DNA of 64,000 bases from Hyphomicrobiaceae bacterium (GCA_021730785.1 JAKFWF010000049.1:136025-200024), one strand, 5' to 3'. Numbered from the stretch's first letter, positions 28,156 through 36,781 are shown. A program made the numbers and translations. The notes: a model not told the origin generated them from the letters alone.

Positions 28156-28397
28156 GTCCTCCCCGACTCTGATTTTGTGGAGTGCGCCACGCCCATCGCG
28201 GTCACCAAGCAATCTTCAGTCAGAACGGCAGCACCTAGCGTCTCCTAAAGCATGCTCCAGATCGGCGGGCAACGCCCGATCGGACGTTTCACTTGTAACA
28301 TATGATGTGAGAACGTTCACTTCGCCATGCAACACTGAGTTGTGGGTCGTGCGTGTGAGCCCGGTTGCGGCCACATAGGGAGTGCTATGCTCGCTGG

Positions 28398-30794
28398 ATG
28401 TCAGCGAATCGCCCCCAGATACGTCCCGGACCAAGTCCTGAGCCCATGCAACCCGTGGATGCCCCCGCATTGACTGCGGGCTCGATTTCGGCGCGCGCCA
28501 TGCAGCGCCCGCCCGCGCCCTATTTGACGGGCATCAATCCAGAGCAGCGCCGGGCCGTGGAAACGCTCGACGGCCCGGTGCTGGTGCTGGCGGGCGCCGG
28601 CACCGGCAAGACCCGGGTATTGACCACCCGGATCGCGCATATCCTGGCGTCGAACCGCGCGCGCCCCCACGAAATTCTCGCCGTCACCTTCACCAACAAG
28701 GCGGCGCGCGAGATGAAGGAGCGCATCGGCCATCTGATCGGCGGTGCCGTGGAGGGCATGGGCTGGCTCGGCACGTTCCACTCACTTGGTGTCAAGATCA
28801 TCCGCCGCCATGCCGAACTGGTCGGCCTCAAGAACGGCTTCACGATCCTCGATCCTGACGACCAGTTGCGCCTGATCAAGCAGGTGATCGAGGCCGCCGG
28901 CGTCGACAAGGAGCGCTGGCCGGCACGGCAGTTCGCCACCATGCTCGATGGCTGGAAGAATCGCGGCGTGATCCCGGAGAAAGTGCCCGCCGGCGAGGGC
29001 GGTTTTGCCGGCGGCAAGGGTCGCGAGCTCTATGCCGCCTACCAGAAGCGGCTGAAGGAGCTCAACGCCTGCGACTTCGGCGATCTGTTGCTCGAAGGGT
29101 TGCGGCTGTTCCTGGAGAACCCCGACGTTCTCGCTGACTACCAGTGCCGCTTCCGCTTCATCCTGGTCGATGAGTACCAGGATACCAACGTCGTCCAATA
29201 CATGTGGCTGCGGCTGCTGGCCCAGGGCTCGCCCAACATCTGCTGCGTCGGCGACGACGATCAATCAGTGTATGGCTGGCGCGGCGCCGAGGTCGACAAC
29301 ATCCTGCGATTCGACAAGGACTTTCCCGGGGCTGCCGTCATTCGCCTCGAGCGCAACTATCGCTCGACCGGACACATCCTGGCGACCGCCTCCGGGTTGA
29401 TCGCCAAGAACAAGGGGCGGCTCGGCAAGACGCTGTTCACCGATGGCGATGATGGCAACAAGGTTGCGGTCACCGGCGTTTGGGACGACGAGGAGGAAGC
29501 CCGCATCATCGCCGACGACATCGAGGCGGCGCGCAAGGGCGGCCACAAGCTCAACCAGATCGCTATTCTGGTGCGCGCCTCGTTCCAGATGCGCTCGCTG
29601 GAAGACCGCTTCGTCACGCTCGGCCTGCCCTATCGGGTGATCGGTGGCCCGCGCTTCTACGAGCGCCAGGAAATCAAGGATGCCGTCGCCTATCTCGAAA
29701 TCGTCGCCAATCCGGCCAACGACCTGAAGTTCGAGCGCATCATCAACGTGCCCAAGCGCGGCCTCGGCGATACCACGGTCAAGCGCATCCACGAGCTTGG
29801 CCGGGCGCGCGATATGCCGATGTACCAGGCTGCCCGCATGGTCGCCCAATCGGACGAACTCAGCGGCAAGACGCGCAAGTCGCTGGCCGACCTGATCGCG
29901 GCGTTCGAGCGCTGGCGGTCGCAGATCGCCACCATGAAACACACCGAACTCGCCGAACTGATCCTCGACGAGAGCGGCTATACCTACATGTGGCAGTCGG
30001 ACAAGAGCCCGCAGGCCCAGGCACGGCTGGAGAACCTGAAGGAACTGATCCGCTTCATGCACCAGTTCGAGACGCTTGGCGCCTTCCTCGAGCACGTGTC
30101 GCTGGTGATGGATGTCGATGCCGGCAACGATGGGGACCGGGCATCGCTCATGACCCTGCATGCTGCCAAGGGCTTGGAGTTCGACACGGTCTACCTGCCG
30201 GGCTGGGAAGAAGGGCTCTTCCCCCACCAGCGCTCGCTCGACGAAAGTGGTCTCGCCGGTCTCGAGGAGGAGCGCCGGCTGGCCTATGTCGGCATCACGC
30301 GAGCAAGGCGGACGTCGAAGATCTCGTTCGCGCAGAACCGGCGCAACCGGGGCCTATTCGCGGCTGCCGTGCCGTCCCGCTTCATCGACGAATTGCCCGA
30401 GGCGAACGTGGAGGTGGTGGAGGCCAAGAGCCCGTTCGGCGGTGCCTACCAGAACTTCGGCGGCAGCTACGGCGGCAATCGCGGCTATGCGCCGAGCCGC
30501 TTCGACGAAACGCCGCCGCAAGCGCCGTTCCAGTCGACCTACCAGACGCCAGGCTGGCAGCGGGCCCAGCAGCAATGGAAGAAGGAAGGTGCAAAGAAGC
30601 CGCCCACCCAGATCGAGGGCAAGCTCGTCGCTTCATCGACCACCGTGCAAACGGCGTTCGCGATCGGCGACCGCGTGTTCCACCAGAAGTTCGGCTATGG
30701 CGCGGTGACCGTGGTCGACGGCAACATGCTGACGATCGAGTTCGAGAAAGCAGGCGCCAAGCGGGTGATGGCGGACTATCTCGAAAAGCCTTGA
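28398..30794 (+). CDS. uvrD: ATP-dependent DNA helicase UvrD/PcrA family
   Basis: Helicase motifs are present: LAGAGTGKTRVLT, FILVDEYQDTN, VGDDDQSVYGWRGA, LERNYRST, TLHAAKGLEFD, LAYVGITRAR. The start is uncertain (TTG 28365, or ATG at 28398, 28446 or 28500). Confidence 0.9.
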   Translation: MSANRPQIRPGPSPEPMQPVDAPALTAGSISARAMQRPPAPYLTGINPEQRRAVETLDGPVLVLAGAGTGKTRVLTTRIAHILASNRARPHEILAVTFTNKAAREMKERIGHLIGGAVEGMGWLGTFHSLGVKIIRRHAELVGLKNGFTILDPDDQLRLIKQVIEAAGVDKERWPARQFATMLDGWKNRGVIPEKVPAGEGGFAGGKGRELYAAYQKRLKELNACDFGDLLLEGLRLFLENPDVLADYQCRFRFILVDEYQDTNVVQYMWLRLLAQGSPNICCVGDDDQSVYGWRGAEVDNILRFDKDFPGAAVIRLERNYRSTGHILATASGLIAKNKGRLGKTLFTDGDDGNKVAVTGVWDDEEEARIIADDIEAARKGGHKLNQIAILVRASFQMRSLEDRFVTLGLPYRVIGGPRFYERQEIKDAVAYLEIVANPANDLKFERIINVPKRGLGDTTVKRIHELGRARDMPMYQAARMVAQSDELSGKTRKSLADLIAAFERWRSQIATMKHTELAELILDESGYTYMWQSDKSPQAQARLENLKELIRFMHQFETLGAFLEHVSLVMDVDAGNDGDRASLMTLHAAKGLEFDTVYLPGWEEGLFPHQRSLDESGLAGLEEERRLAYVGITRARRTSKISFAQNRRNRGLFAAAVPSRFIDELPEANVEVVEAKSPFGGAYQNFGGSYGGNRGYAPSRFDETPPQAPFQSTYQTPGWQRAQQQWKKEGAKKPPTQIEGKLVASSTTVQTAFAIGDRVFHQKFGYGAVTVVDGNMLTIEFEKAGAKRVMADYLEKP

Positions 30795-30816
30795 GCGCGC
30801 GGCAAACAAGTGTGTT

Positions 30817-31263
30817 TCACGCGGCAGAGACGACCTGTTGCTCGCTTGGTGCGGCGCCACGGCTGAGCAATAGCAGATGTTCGATATGAGCGCCGAACGC
30901 CGCCCAGTTCAACGGCTTGATCAGGAATGACGTGGCGCCCGCGATCAGCGCCTGCTCGATGGCATCCCGGTCGCTCCGCCCCGTCAACACGACGATCGGG
31001 ATCTTCTTTGTCTCGGGAAAGCCTCGGACGCAGCCGATCAGGGCGCAGCCATTCAGCTTGGGCATATCCAGATCGACGATGGCGAGATCGAACTTCCTGT
31101 TCTTCAGCAGTTCGAAGGCTTGAAGCCCATCCTCCGCCTCCACCACCGTGGCGTTGAGATTGCGAATTTTGACGCTGACAGCCCGGCGGCACAGGCTGTC
31201 ATCGTCGGCAACCAGCACGTTCGGCATAGTCGTTATGGCAAGTTGCCTGGCGATACCGCTCAC
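30817..31263 (-). CDS. stand-alone response-regulator receiver (CheY-like) protein
   Basis: The GTG at 31263 is preceded by GGAGG with 5-nt spacing. Receiver residues are VLVADDD, the phospho-acceptor in LAIVDLDMP, VVLTG and IKP. There is no output domain. Confidence 0.85.
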   Translation of the reverse strand: MSGIARQLAITTMPNVLVADDDSLCRRAVSVKIRNLNATVVEAEDGLQAFELLKNRKFDLAIVDLDMPKLNGCALIGCVRGFPETKKIPIVVLTGRSDRDAIEQALIAGATSFLIKPLNWAAFGAHIEHLLLLSRGAAPSEQQVVSAA

Positions 31264-31287
31264 TTCAGCCTCCGGGTCTTCGACGCG

Positions 31288-32184
31288 TCAAAGTCGGTTT
31301 GGATTACGCTGCTGGCCGCACTCCGCCACGAGCCGCTCGAGTGATGAGCGATCGGCAAGGGGTGCGAACGACTCACGAGCCGTGCAGATCGCGTCTCGCA
31401 GGCGGGCCACTTCAAGGCCGCCAATCGCATCACGCTCGCCGCACTTCGCCTCGACATCCCGCGCGATCGCGGCCAAGTCGTGGGCGTGGATCATGGAGGC
31501 GCCGCCGGCAATCCTGTGGGCAATGCTCCTCAGGCCTGCGTTGTCGCCAACGGCGCAATCGCGTTCGAGCTGAGCATCGCATCGGCGGCACTCTTCCACA
31601 AAAATACTAAGCAATTCACCTGCCACGTCGAGATCGAAGTCCCGCACCAGGGCGCTCACCCCCTGCAACCACGCATCCACCTGGTCTGTAACCGGGTGAT
31701 GCAGGCCATGCCTGGTGGTCGGTCGGCCCCGGTGCGGCAGCCACTTGGCCATCACGGCCGCCAATTGCTGATCGGTATAAGGCTTTGCCAGGCACTCGTT
31801 CATGCCGGCCGCAAGACAGGCGGCGCGCTCGTCACGGTTGGCGTTGGCCGTGAGTGCAATGATGGGAAGCGGCGACCGTTGCTCGCAAGTCTCATACGCA
31901 CGAATGATCCGTGTTGCGGTCAGCCCGTCCATGACCGGCATCTGGCAATCCATCAGGATCGCGTCGAAACCGCCGACCTGGAACAGCTGGACCGCCTGCG
32001 CGCCGGTTTCGGCAACTTCGACCGAACACCCGAACTCGTCCAGATAGACCTGGAGGATCGCACTGTTGACCGGGTTATCCTCGGCAATGAGAACCCTGAC
32101 GTCCGCCAAACCCGGCGCAGCTAGTACTACGGCGCAGGCGGCGCTGCCAATTGCTGGTTGGTCTGTTGCCCTGCCGCTCGGCAT
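31288..32184 (-). CDS. receiver-HPt fusion phosphotransfer protein
   Basis: N-terminal REC domain (VLIAEDNPVN, ILMDCQMPVMDG, IIALTANA, AKP). C-terminal HPt-like four-helix region with the putative phospho-His in SIAHRIAGGASMIHA. Confidence 0.8.
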   Translation of the reverse strand: MPSGRATDQPAIGSAACAVVLAAPGLADVRVLIAEDNPVNSAILQVYLDEFGCSVEVAETGAQAVQLFQVGGFDAILMDCQMPVMDGLTATRIIRAYETCEQRSPLPIIALTANANRDERAACLAAGMNECLAKPYTDQQLAAVMAKWLPHRGRPTTRHGLHHPVTDQVDAWLQGVSALVRDFDLDVAGELLSIFVEECRRCDAQLERDCAVGDNAGLRSIAHRIAGGASMIHAHDLAAIARDVEAKCGERDAIGGLEVARLRDAICTARESFAPLADRSSLERLVAECGQQRNPNRL

Positions 32185-32210
32185 GGTGTCGGGTCCGGAC
32201 GCCTATCGCT

Positions 32211-32903
32211 CTATGCGTTACGATCAAGCAGAGCGCATTCCTGCAGGAATTCGCCGCGCGTTGTCTTGTCGGTCAGCATGTCGCCGTAGAATTCGGTGGT
32301 GACCATGCGGCTGGCGTGGCTCGCCCGCACGCCGCGCTGTGATTTGCACATGTGCACCGCACTGATCCGCACCGCCAGGCCGCGCGGCTTGGTGCGCTCC
32401 ATGATGAAGGCGCCGATCTGCTTGACGAGTTCTTCCTGGATCTGCAGGCGCGCCGAGAAATGGTCGACGATGCGATCATATTTCGACAACCCGATGATCT
32501 TGCCGTCCGCGGCCGGCAGCACGCCGATATAGGCTGAGCCGTAGATCGGCATCAGATGATGGGCACACGTTGAGCGCACGTCGATCGGGCCGGTCACGAT
32601 CAGCTGGTCGCTCTGGCCGACATTGTCGAACTCGGTGACGACCGGCGGTGCGTTGAACCGGCCGCGCATGATTTCTTCGACATACATCTTGGCCACCCGC
32701 GCCGGCGTGTCGCGCGTATTGTGGTCGTTGAGGTAGTCGATGCCCAGCACCTCGAACAGCTCGCCGATTTTCTGGGCGGCGGCGAACCGCATGAGCGAGC
32801 GCTCCGCCGCATTCAGCGGTGATGGCGTCGCTTCGTTGCACAGGCACGGCGGCACGGTGTCGCCAGCCACGCCCAGATGCGATTTCTTCAGTGCCATGGT
32901 CAT
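32211..32903 (-). CDS. folE: GTP cyclohydrolase I (type 1)
   Basis: DTPARVAKMY, the zinc/catalytic residues STCAHHLMP and AVHMCKSQRG, and GLSKYDRIV are present. Its ATG overlaps the TGA of the upstream PTPS-family gene (ATGA). Confidence 0.9.
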   Translation of the reverse strand: MTMALKKSHLGVAGDTVPPCLCNEATPSPLNAAERSLMRFAAAQKIGELFEVLGIDYLNDHNTRDTPARVAKMYVEEIMRGRFNAPPVVTEFDNVGQSDQLIVTGPIDVRSTCAHHLMPIYGSAYIGVLPAADGKIIGLSKYDRIVDHFSARLQIQEELVKQIGAFIMERTKPRGLAVRISAVHMCKSQRGVRASHASRMVTTEFYGDMLTDKTTRGEFLQECALLDRNA

Positions 32904-33286
32904 GATGCAATCCGAAGTCTGGAGGCGTGAATGGTGCAGCCTTCGGCACTGCCTTCGAACCCGCGGCGGACCTGCACGCGGTCGATGCCCGGCACCACCT
33001 GACTCAGTTCATTGAGCAGCCAACTGGTGACATTCTCCAGCGTCGGGACCTCGAGGCCTTCGACATCGTTCAGGTACTTGTGATCGACGCGCTTCTTGAT
33101 GCAATCGATCGCCGCCTCGACGTGATCGAGATTGTGCGACCAGCCGAATTTCGGATCCGGGGTGCCGTGCATGAAGACGCAGACGGTGAATGAATGGCCA
33201 TGCAATCCGGAAAACGGCGGCGTCTGATGCGCCGCTTCAAAAGTGAATTGTTTGAAAGTCTCGAGCATCCATGAACGGAGCAGCAC
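32900..33286 (-). CDS. 6-pyruvoyl-tetrahydropterin synthase / QueD family (COG0720) protein with a non-canonical active-site loop
   Basis: FTFEAAH ... GLHGHSF ... VDHKYLND blocks are present. The start is the GTG at 33286 (GGGAGG 4 nt upstream) or the ATG at 33268. Confidence 0.8.
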   Translation of the reverse strand: MLLRSWMLETFKQFTFEAAHQTPPFSGLHGHSFTVCVFMHGTPDPKFGWSHNLDHVEAAIDCIKKRVDHKYLNDVEGLEVPTLENVTSWLLNELSQVVPGIDRVQVRRGFEGSAEGCTIHASRLRIAS

Positions 33287-33537
33287 CCCGCCTCCCTGTA
33301 ATCTACGGGAGACGAATACAATGCCAGAAGTTAGAAACAGGATAAATTTTCTAGTTAATGATAAGTTGAAATATTCAATTCATTTATCTAAAATTCTTAA
33401 GTCGAGGGTGTGTTAGCTGTTAATTTTCTACACGCGATCAGAGTTCCGCGACTGTCGAATTTTTAGGTCGTCATTAACAGATCGCGTCTAGGATGCGCAC
33501 GCTGCTGAAGAAAAATTGAAAAGACGAGGCGATTGCC
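33287..33537. promoter_or_regulatory. AT-rich divergent control region between the PTPS-folE-REC operon and the pruR-like/kinase operon
   Basis: The sequence is strikingly AT-rich over about 33320-33420 in an otherwise high-GC window. It contains the inverted repeats TAGAAA-N10-TTTCTA (33332-33353) and TTGAA-ATA-TTCAA (33366-33378). No promoter boxes could be called with confidence. Confidence 0.4.
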
Positions 33538-34050
33538 ATGTTGACTCGCAGACATGCATGCTTGCTCGGTAGTGCTTTCATTGCCGGGCTCAACACGCAC
33601 AGTGCGCTGGCGCAAGCCATAACAGCCCCTACCGGTAAGGTAATCCTCACGATCGGTGGCCAGGTGGCAAACGGTGACAAGGGCCCGGTGGTGTTCGATC
33701 GCGACGGCCTCGAGGCGCTCGGCATGGACTCTTTCGAAACGATGACGCCCTGGTACGCCTCAAAGGTCAAATTCGAAGGCGTGTCCATGGCCAAGCTGAT
33801 GCGTGTGGTCGGCGCCAAAGGCCAGAAGCTGTCGGTTTCTGCGCTGAATGATTACACCACCGAAATCCCGATGGAAGATTTTGGCAAGTATAACGTCATT
33901 CTCGCATTGAAGCGCGATGGCCAGTACATGCCGGTGAGCGACAAAGGTCCACTGTTCATCGTCTATCCGTTCGACGCGAACCCAGAACTAAAGACTCAGA
34001 AGTACTACGGCCGTTCCGCCTGGCAGGTCGCAAGAATGGTCGTCGCTTGA
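33538..34050 (+). CDS. secreted SUOX-fold (molybdopterin-oxidoreductase-like) protein, PruR-type putative pterin-binding protein
   Basis: GAGG lies 8 nt upstream of the ATG. The signal peptide is MLTRRHACLLGSAFIAGLNTHSALA. The body (FDRDGLEALG ... TPW ... KFEGVSMAKLMRVVGAKGQKLSVSALNDYTTEIPMEDF ... ILALKRDGQYMPVSDKGPLFIVYPFD ... YYGRSAWQV) matches my memory of the small periplasmic Oxidored_molyb-like family. The mature protein has no Cys. Confidence 0.75.
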   Translation: MLTRRHACLLGSAFIAGLNTHSALAQAITAPTGKVILTIGGQVANGDKGPVVFDRDGLEALGMDSFETMTPWYASKVKFEGVSMAKLMRVVGAKGQKLSVSALNDYTTEIPMEDFGKYNVILALKRDGQYMPVSDKGPLFIVYPFDANPELKTQKYYGRSAWQVARMVVA

Positions 34051-34108
34051 ACCTCATTTTCAATCTTCCCATTTTCAGTTCGAGCGTTTTGACTGAGGCA
34101 TTAGCCGC

Positions 34109-36760
34109 ATGATCATTGCCCGCTATTTTTTAATTGGGGCGGTGGCTATCCTCGTCAGCGTTGTAGCTTATCTCAGCGTCCTGATGTCAGAGCGGGAAGC
34201 AGCGCTGACCGAAGCGTCGCGCTATAATCTGCAATGGAGTGCCAGCCAGGCCGCCATCGAGTCGTTGCGGTTGCAGACCGCGATTCATCGGTTCACCCAG
34301 ACCCCGGACTCGACCAGAGTGGACGATATCCGGCTGCGCTACGACATTCTCGTCAACCGCATGTCGCTGCTGAGCAATGGTGAATTCCTCCAGACCGTCG
34401 GCGACGATGCAAAGTCGCGAGCCGCGATCGACGAAGCGAAGTCCACGATCGCTGCCATCGCGCCCCTCGTCACTGCGGCCGAAACAGAAGGGACGGGCGC
34501 ACGAATCCTGACGGCCCTGCAACCGCTGAATGCCAAGTTCATACAATTGGCGTCGCAGGCCAACCGGCTCGGCGCCGAGCGTGTTGCCGACGAGCAGTCC
34601 GCGCTGTTTCGCCTGTACAAGTTGTTCTCGGCGCTGATCGGCGCGCTGCTGATGATCGGACTGGGCTTGATCGCCATGCTGTTCTGGCACAACAAGCAAT
34701 TGCGGGACGCCAAAAAATCCCTGGAAGCCTCCACCAGTCAGCTCCGTTCGGCGATCGAGGCGGCTGAAACCGCAAGCCGGGCCAAATCCGAATTTCTGGC
34801 GAACATGAGCCATGAAATCCGCACCCCCATGAATGGCGTGCTCGGCATGACCGACCTGCTCAAGCGATCGGCGCTGTCGGTCCGCCAGCAGCGCCTGGTG
34901 GACACGATCAGCAATTCGGCCAACACGCTGCTCAAGATCATCAATGATATCCTCGACATCTCGCGCATCGAGGCCGGCACCACCGAGCTCGACATCCACG
35001 ACGTCGACATCCGCCACTGCGTCGAAGGTGCGGTTGGCCTGTTCGCGGAACAGTTGCGCGGCAATGAAGTGGAACTGACGCTGTTCATCGCCAACGAAGT
35101 GCCAGATGTGGTGCGCAGCGACGGCGGCAGGTTGCGCCAGATCTGCGTCAACCTGCTCGGCAATGCGATCAAGTTCACGCCGCGAGGCGAGGTCGGCGTG
35201 CGCATTTCGGCGACGCCGATTGTAGATGGCGAATCGACGGTTCACTTCGAATTCCGCGACACCGGCATCGGCATGACCCCCGAGGTGATTGGCCGCATCA
35301 TGAAGCCCTTTGCGCAGGGTGATTCGTCGATCACTCGCAGGTTCGGCGGCACCGGGCTCGGATTGTCGATTTCCCAGCAGCTGGTCGCGATGATGGGCGG
35401 TAGGCTCACGATCACCAGCGAGCCGAACAAGGGCACTACGGTCTCCTTCGCATTGCCGATGAAGATTGCCAGCACCACTAAACCGGTCCGGGCTGACCAG
35501 GCACGCCTCGTTGGCCAACGCATCCTGGTGGTCGATGACCACGAGACCAACCGTGAGATCATCGCAAGTTACCTCGGGCGTGCCGGCGTCGTCGTCGATA
35601 CGGCGGCGACCGCCGACACCGCGCTCGCCATGCTGCAGCGGGAGCATGAGCGTGGCCGGTCGTATCACGTGCTGATCGCGGACCTGATCATGCCGCGTGT
35701 CAACGGCATGGAGTTGGTCAAAACCGTGCGGTCGGATGATGCGTTCGGCGACCTCAAGGTCGTCATGCTGACATCGATGAGCTGGAAGGGCGATGCCAGC
35801 CAAATGCGCAAGCTCGGCATTGCGGAGCACTTGATCAAGCCGGTCAGTCGGAATGAACTTCTGGATGCCGTTTCACGCGCCGTCTTCGTCAGCAGCATGC
35901 CGGAGCCGCTGATGGCGGGCCTGCACGGTTCGCCGCCGCTGCCCCACTACACGGGGCACGTGCTGCTGGCCGAGGACAATCCGGTCAACGTCGAAGTGGC
36001 AACAGAACATCTCAGTGGTTTTGGTTTGACCTTCGAAGTGGCCAGAAACGGCATCGAAGCCGTGGACCTGTTCAAGCGCGGACAGTTCGACCTTGTGCTG
36101 ATGGACATCCAGATGCCGGAATTGGACGGCGTCGGCGCGACCGAGCAGATCCGCACGTTCGCCAAGGAAAACGCACAGCCGCGCACGCCGATCGTGGCGG
36201 TGACCGCCAATGCCTACGAAGCCGACCGACGGCTCTGCCTGGCGGCCAACATGGATGGCTTCCTCAGCAAGCCGTTTGCCGAAAGCGCTTTCGAAGCTGT
36301 GCTCGCGCGATGGCTGCCGAAGTCTTTGGCGTCGAAACCATCGTCGCAATCGATGCGCGACGATCGCGACGACGACCTGGTCGCGCTGCCGCGGCCGGAC
36401 ATTGTGAGCCTCGACGACGAGGTCATCGCCGCGCTGAAGGCCCGGCGCCCGGCCCTCCTGGCGCGATTGATCAAGGTGTACCTCGACTTCGCCCCCTCGA
36501 CGATCAGCATCATGCGGACCGCGATCGACAATGAACACACGGAGTCGCTCGGCGCCGCAGCCCACAGCCTCAAGTCCAGTAGCGCCAACATCGGTGCGGT
36601 GCGAATCGCGGATTTCTGCCGGACGCTCGAAGTGATGGCGCGCGAGAGCAAACTCGGCGGCAGCGACGCGATCATGACAGCGCTCGAACGAGAGATAGTG
36701 CACGTGCGTGACTTGCTGACAAAGATCGAAGTGAAGGGCCTGGCAGAAGTGCGCGCCTGA
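34109..36760 (+). CDS. hybrid sensor histidine kinase (TM-periplasmic-TM, HisKA, HATPase_c, REC, REC, HPt)
   Basis: TM1 is about aa 5-25 and TM2 about aa 170-192, flanking a helical periplasmic domain of about 145 aa. H-box SEFLANMSHEIRTPMNG. N/G boxes NLLGNAIKFT, DTGIGM, GGTGLGLSIS. REC1 has its Asp in LIADLIMP and REC2 in VLMDIQMPELDG. The C-terminal HPt His lies in AAAHSLKSSSANIGA. Confidence 0.9.
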   Translation: MIIARYFLIGAVAILVSVVAYLSVLMSEREAALTEASRYNLQWSASQAAIESLRLQTAIHRFTQTPDSTRVDDIRLRYDILVNRMSLLSNGEFLQTVGDDAKSRAAIDEAKSTIAAIAPLVTAAETEGTGARILTALQPLNAKFIQLASQANRLGAERVADEQSALFRLYKLFSALIGALLMIGLGLIAMLFWHNKQLRDAKKSLEASTSQLRSAIEAAETASRAKSEFLANMSHEIRTPMNGVLGMTDLLKRSALSVRQQRLVDTISNSANTLLKIINDILDISRIEAGTTELDIHDVDIRHCVEGAVGLFAEQLRGNEVELTLFIANEVPDVVRSDGGRLRQICVNLLGNAIKFTPRGEVGVRISATPIVDGESTVHFEFRDTGIGMTPEVIGRIMKPFAQGDSSITRRFGGTGLGLSISQQLVAMMGGRLTITSEPNKGTTVSFALPMKIASTTKPVRADQARLVGQRILVVDDHETNREIIASYLGRAGVVVDTAATADTALAMLQREHERGRSYHVLIADLIMPRVNGMELVKTVRSDDAFGDLKVVMLTSMSWKGDASQMRKLGIAEHLIKPVSRNELLDAVSRAVFVSSMPEPLMAGLHGSPPLPHYTGHVLLAEDNPVNVEVATEHLSGFGLTFEVARNGIEAVDLFKRGQFDLVLMDIQMPELDGVGATEQIRTFAKENAQPRTPIVAVTANAYEADRRLCLAANMDGFLSKPFAESAFEAVLARWLPKSLASKPSSQSMRDDRDDDLVALPRPDIVSLDDEVIAALKARRPALLARLIKVYLDFAPSTISIMRTAIDNEHTESLGAAAHSLKSSSANIGAVRIADFCRTLEVMARESKLGGSDAIMTALEREIVHVRDLLTKIEVKGLAEVRA

Positions 36761-36781
36761 CGCAGCCGATCACGGCGCCTG

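Noticed and set aside
34187-35830. 547-aa minus-strand ORF inside the hybrid kinase gene
   Set aside because: It is antisense to a gene with complete HisKA, HATPase and REC motifs and has no motifs of its own.
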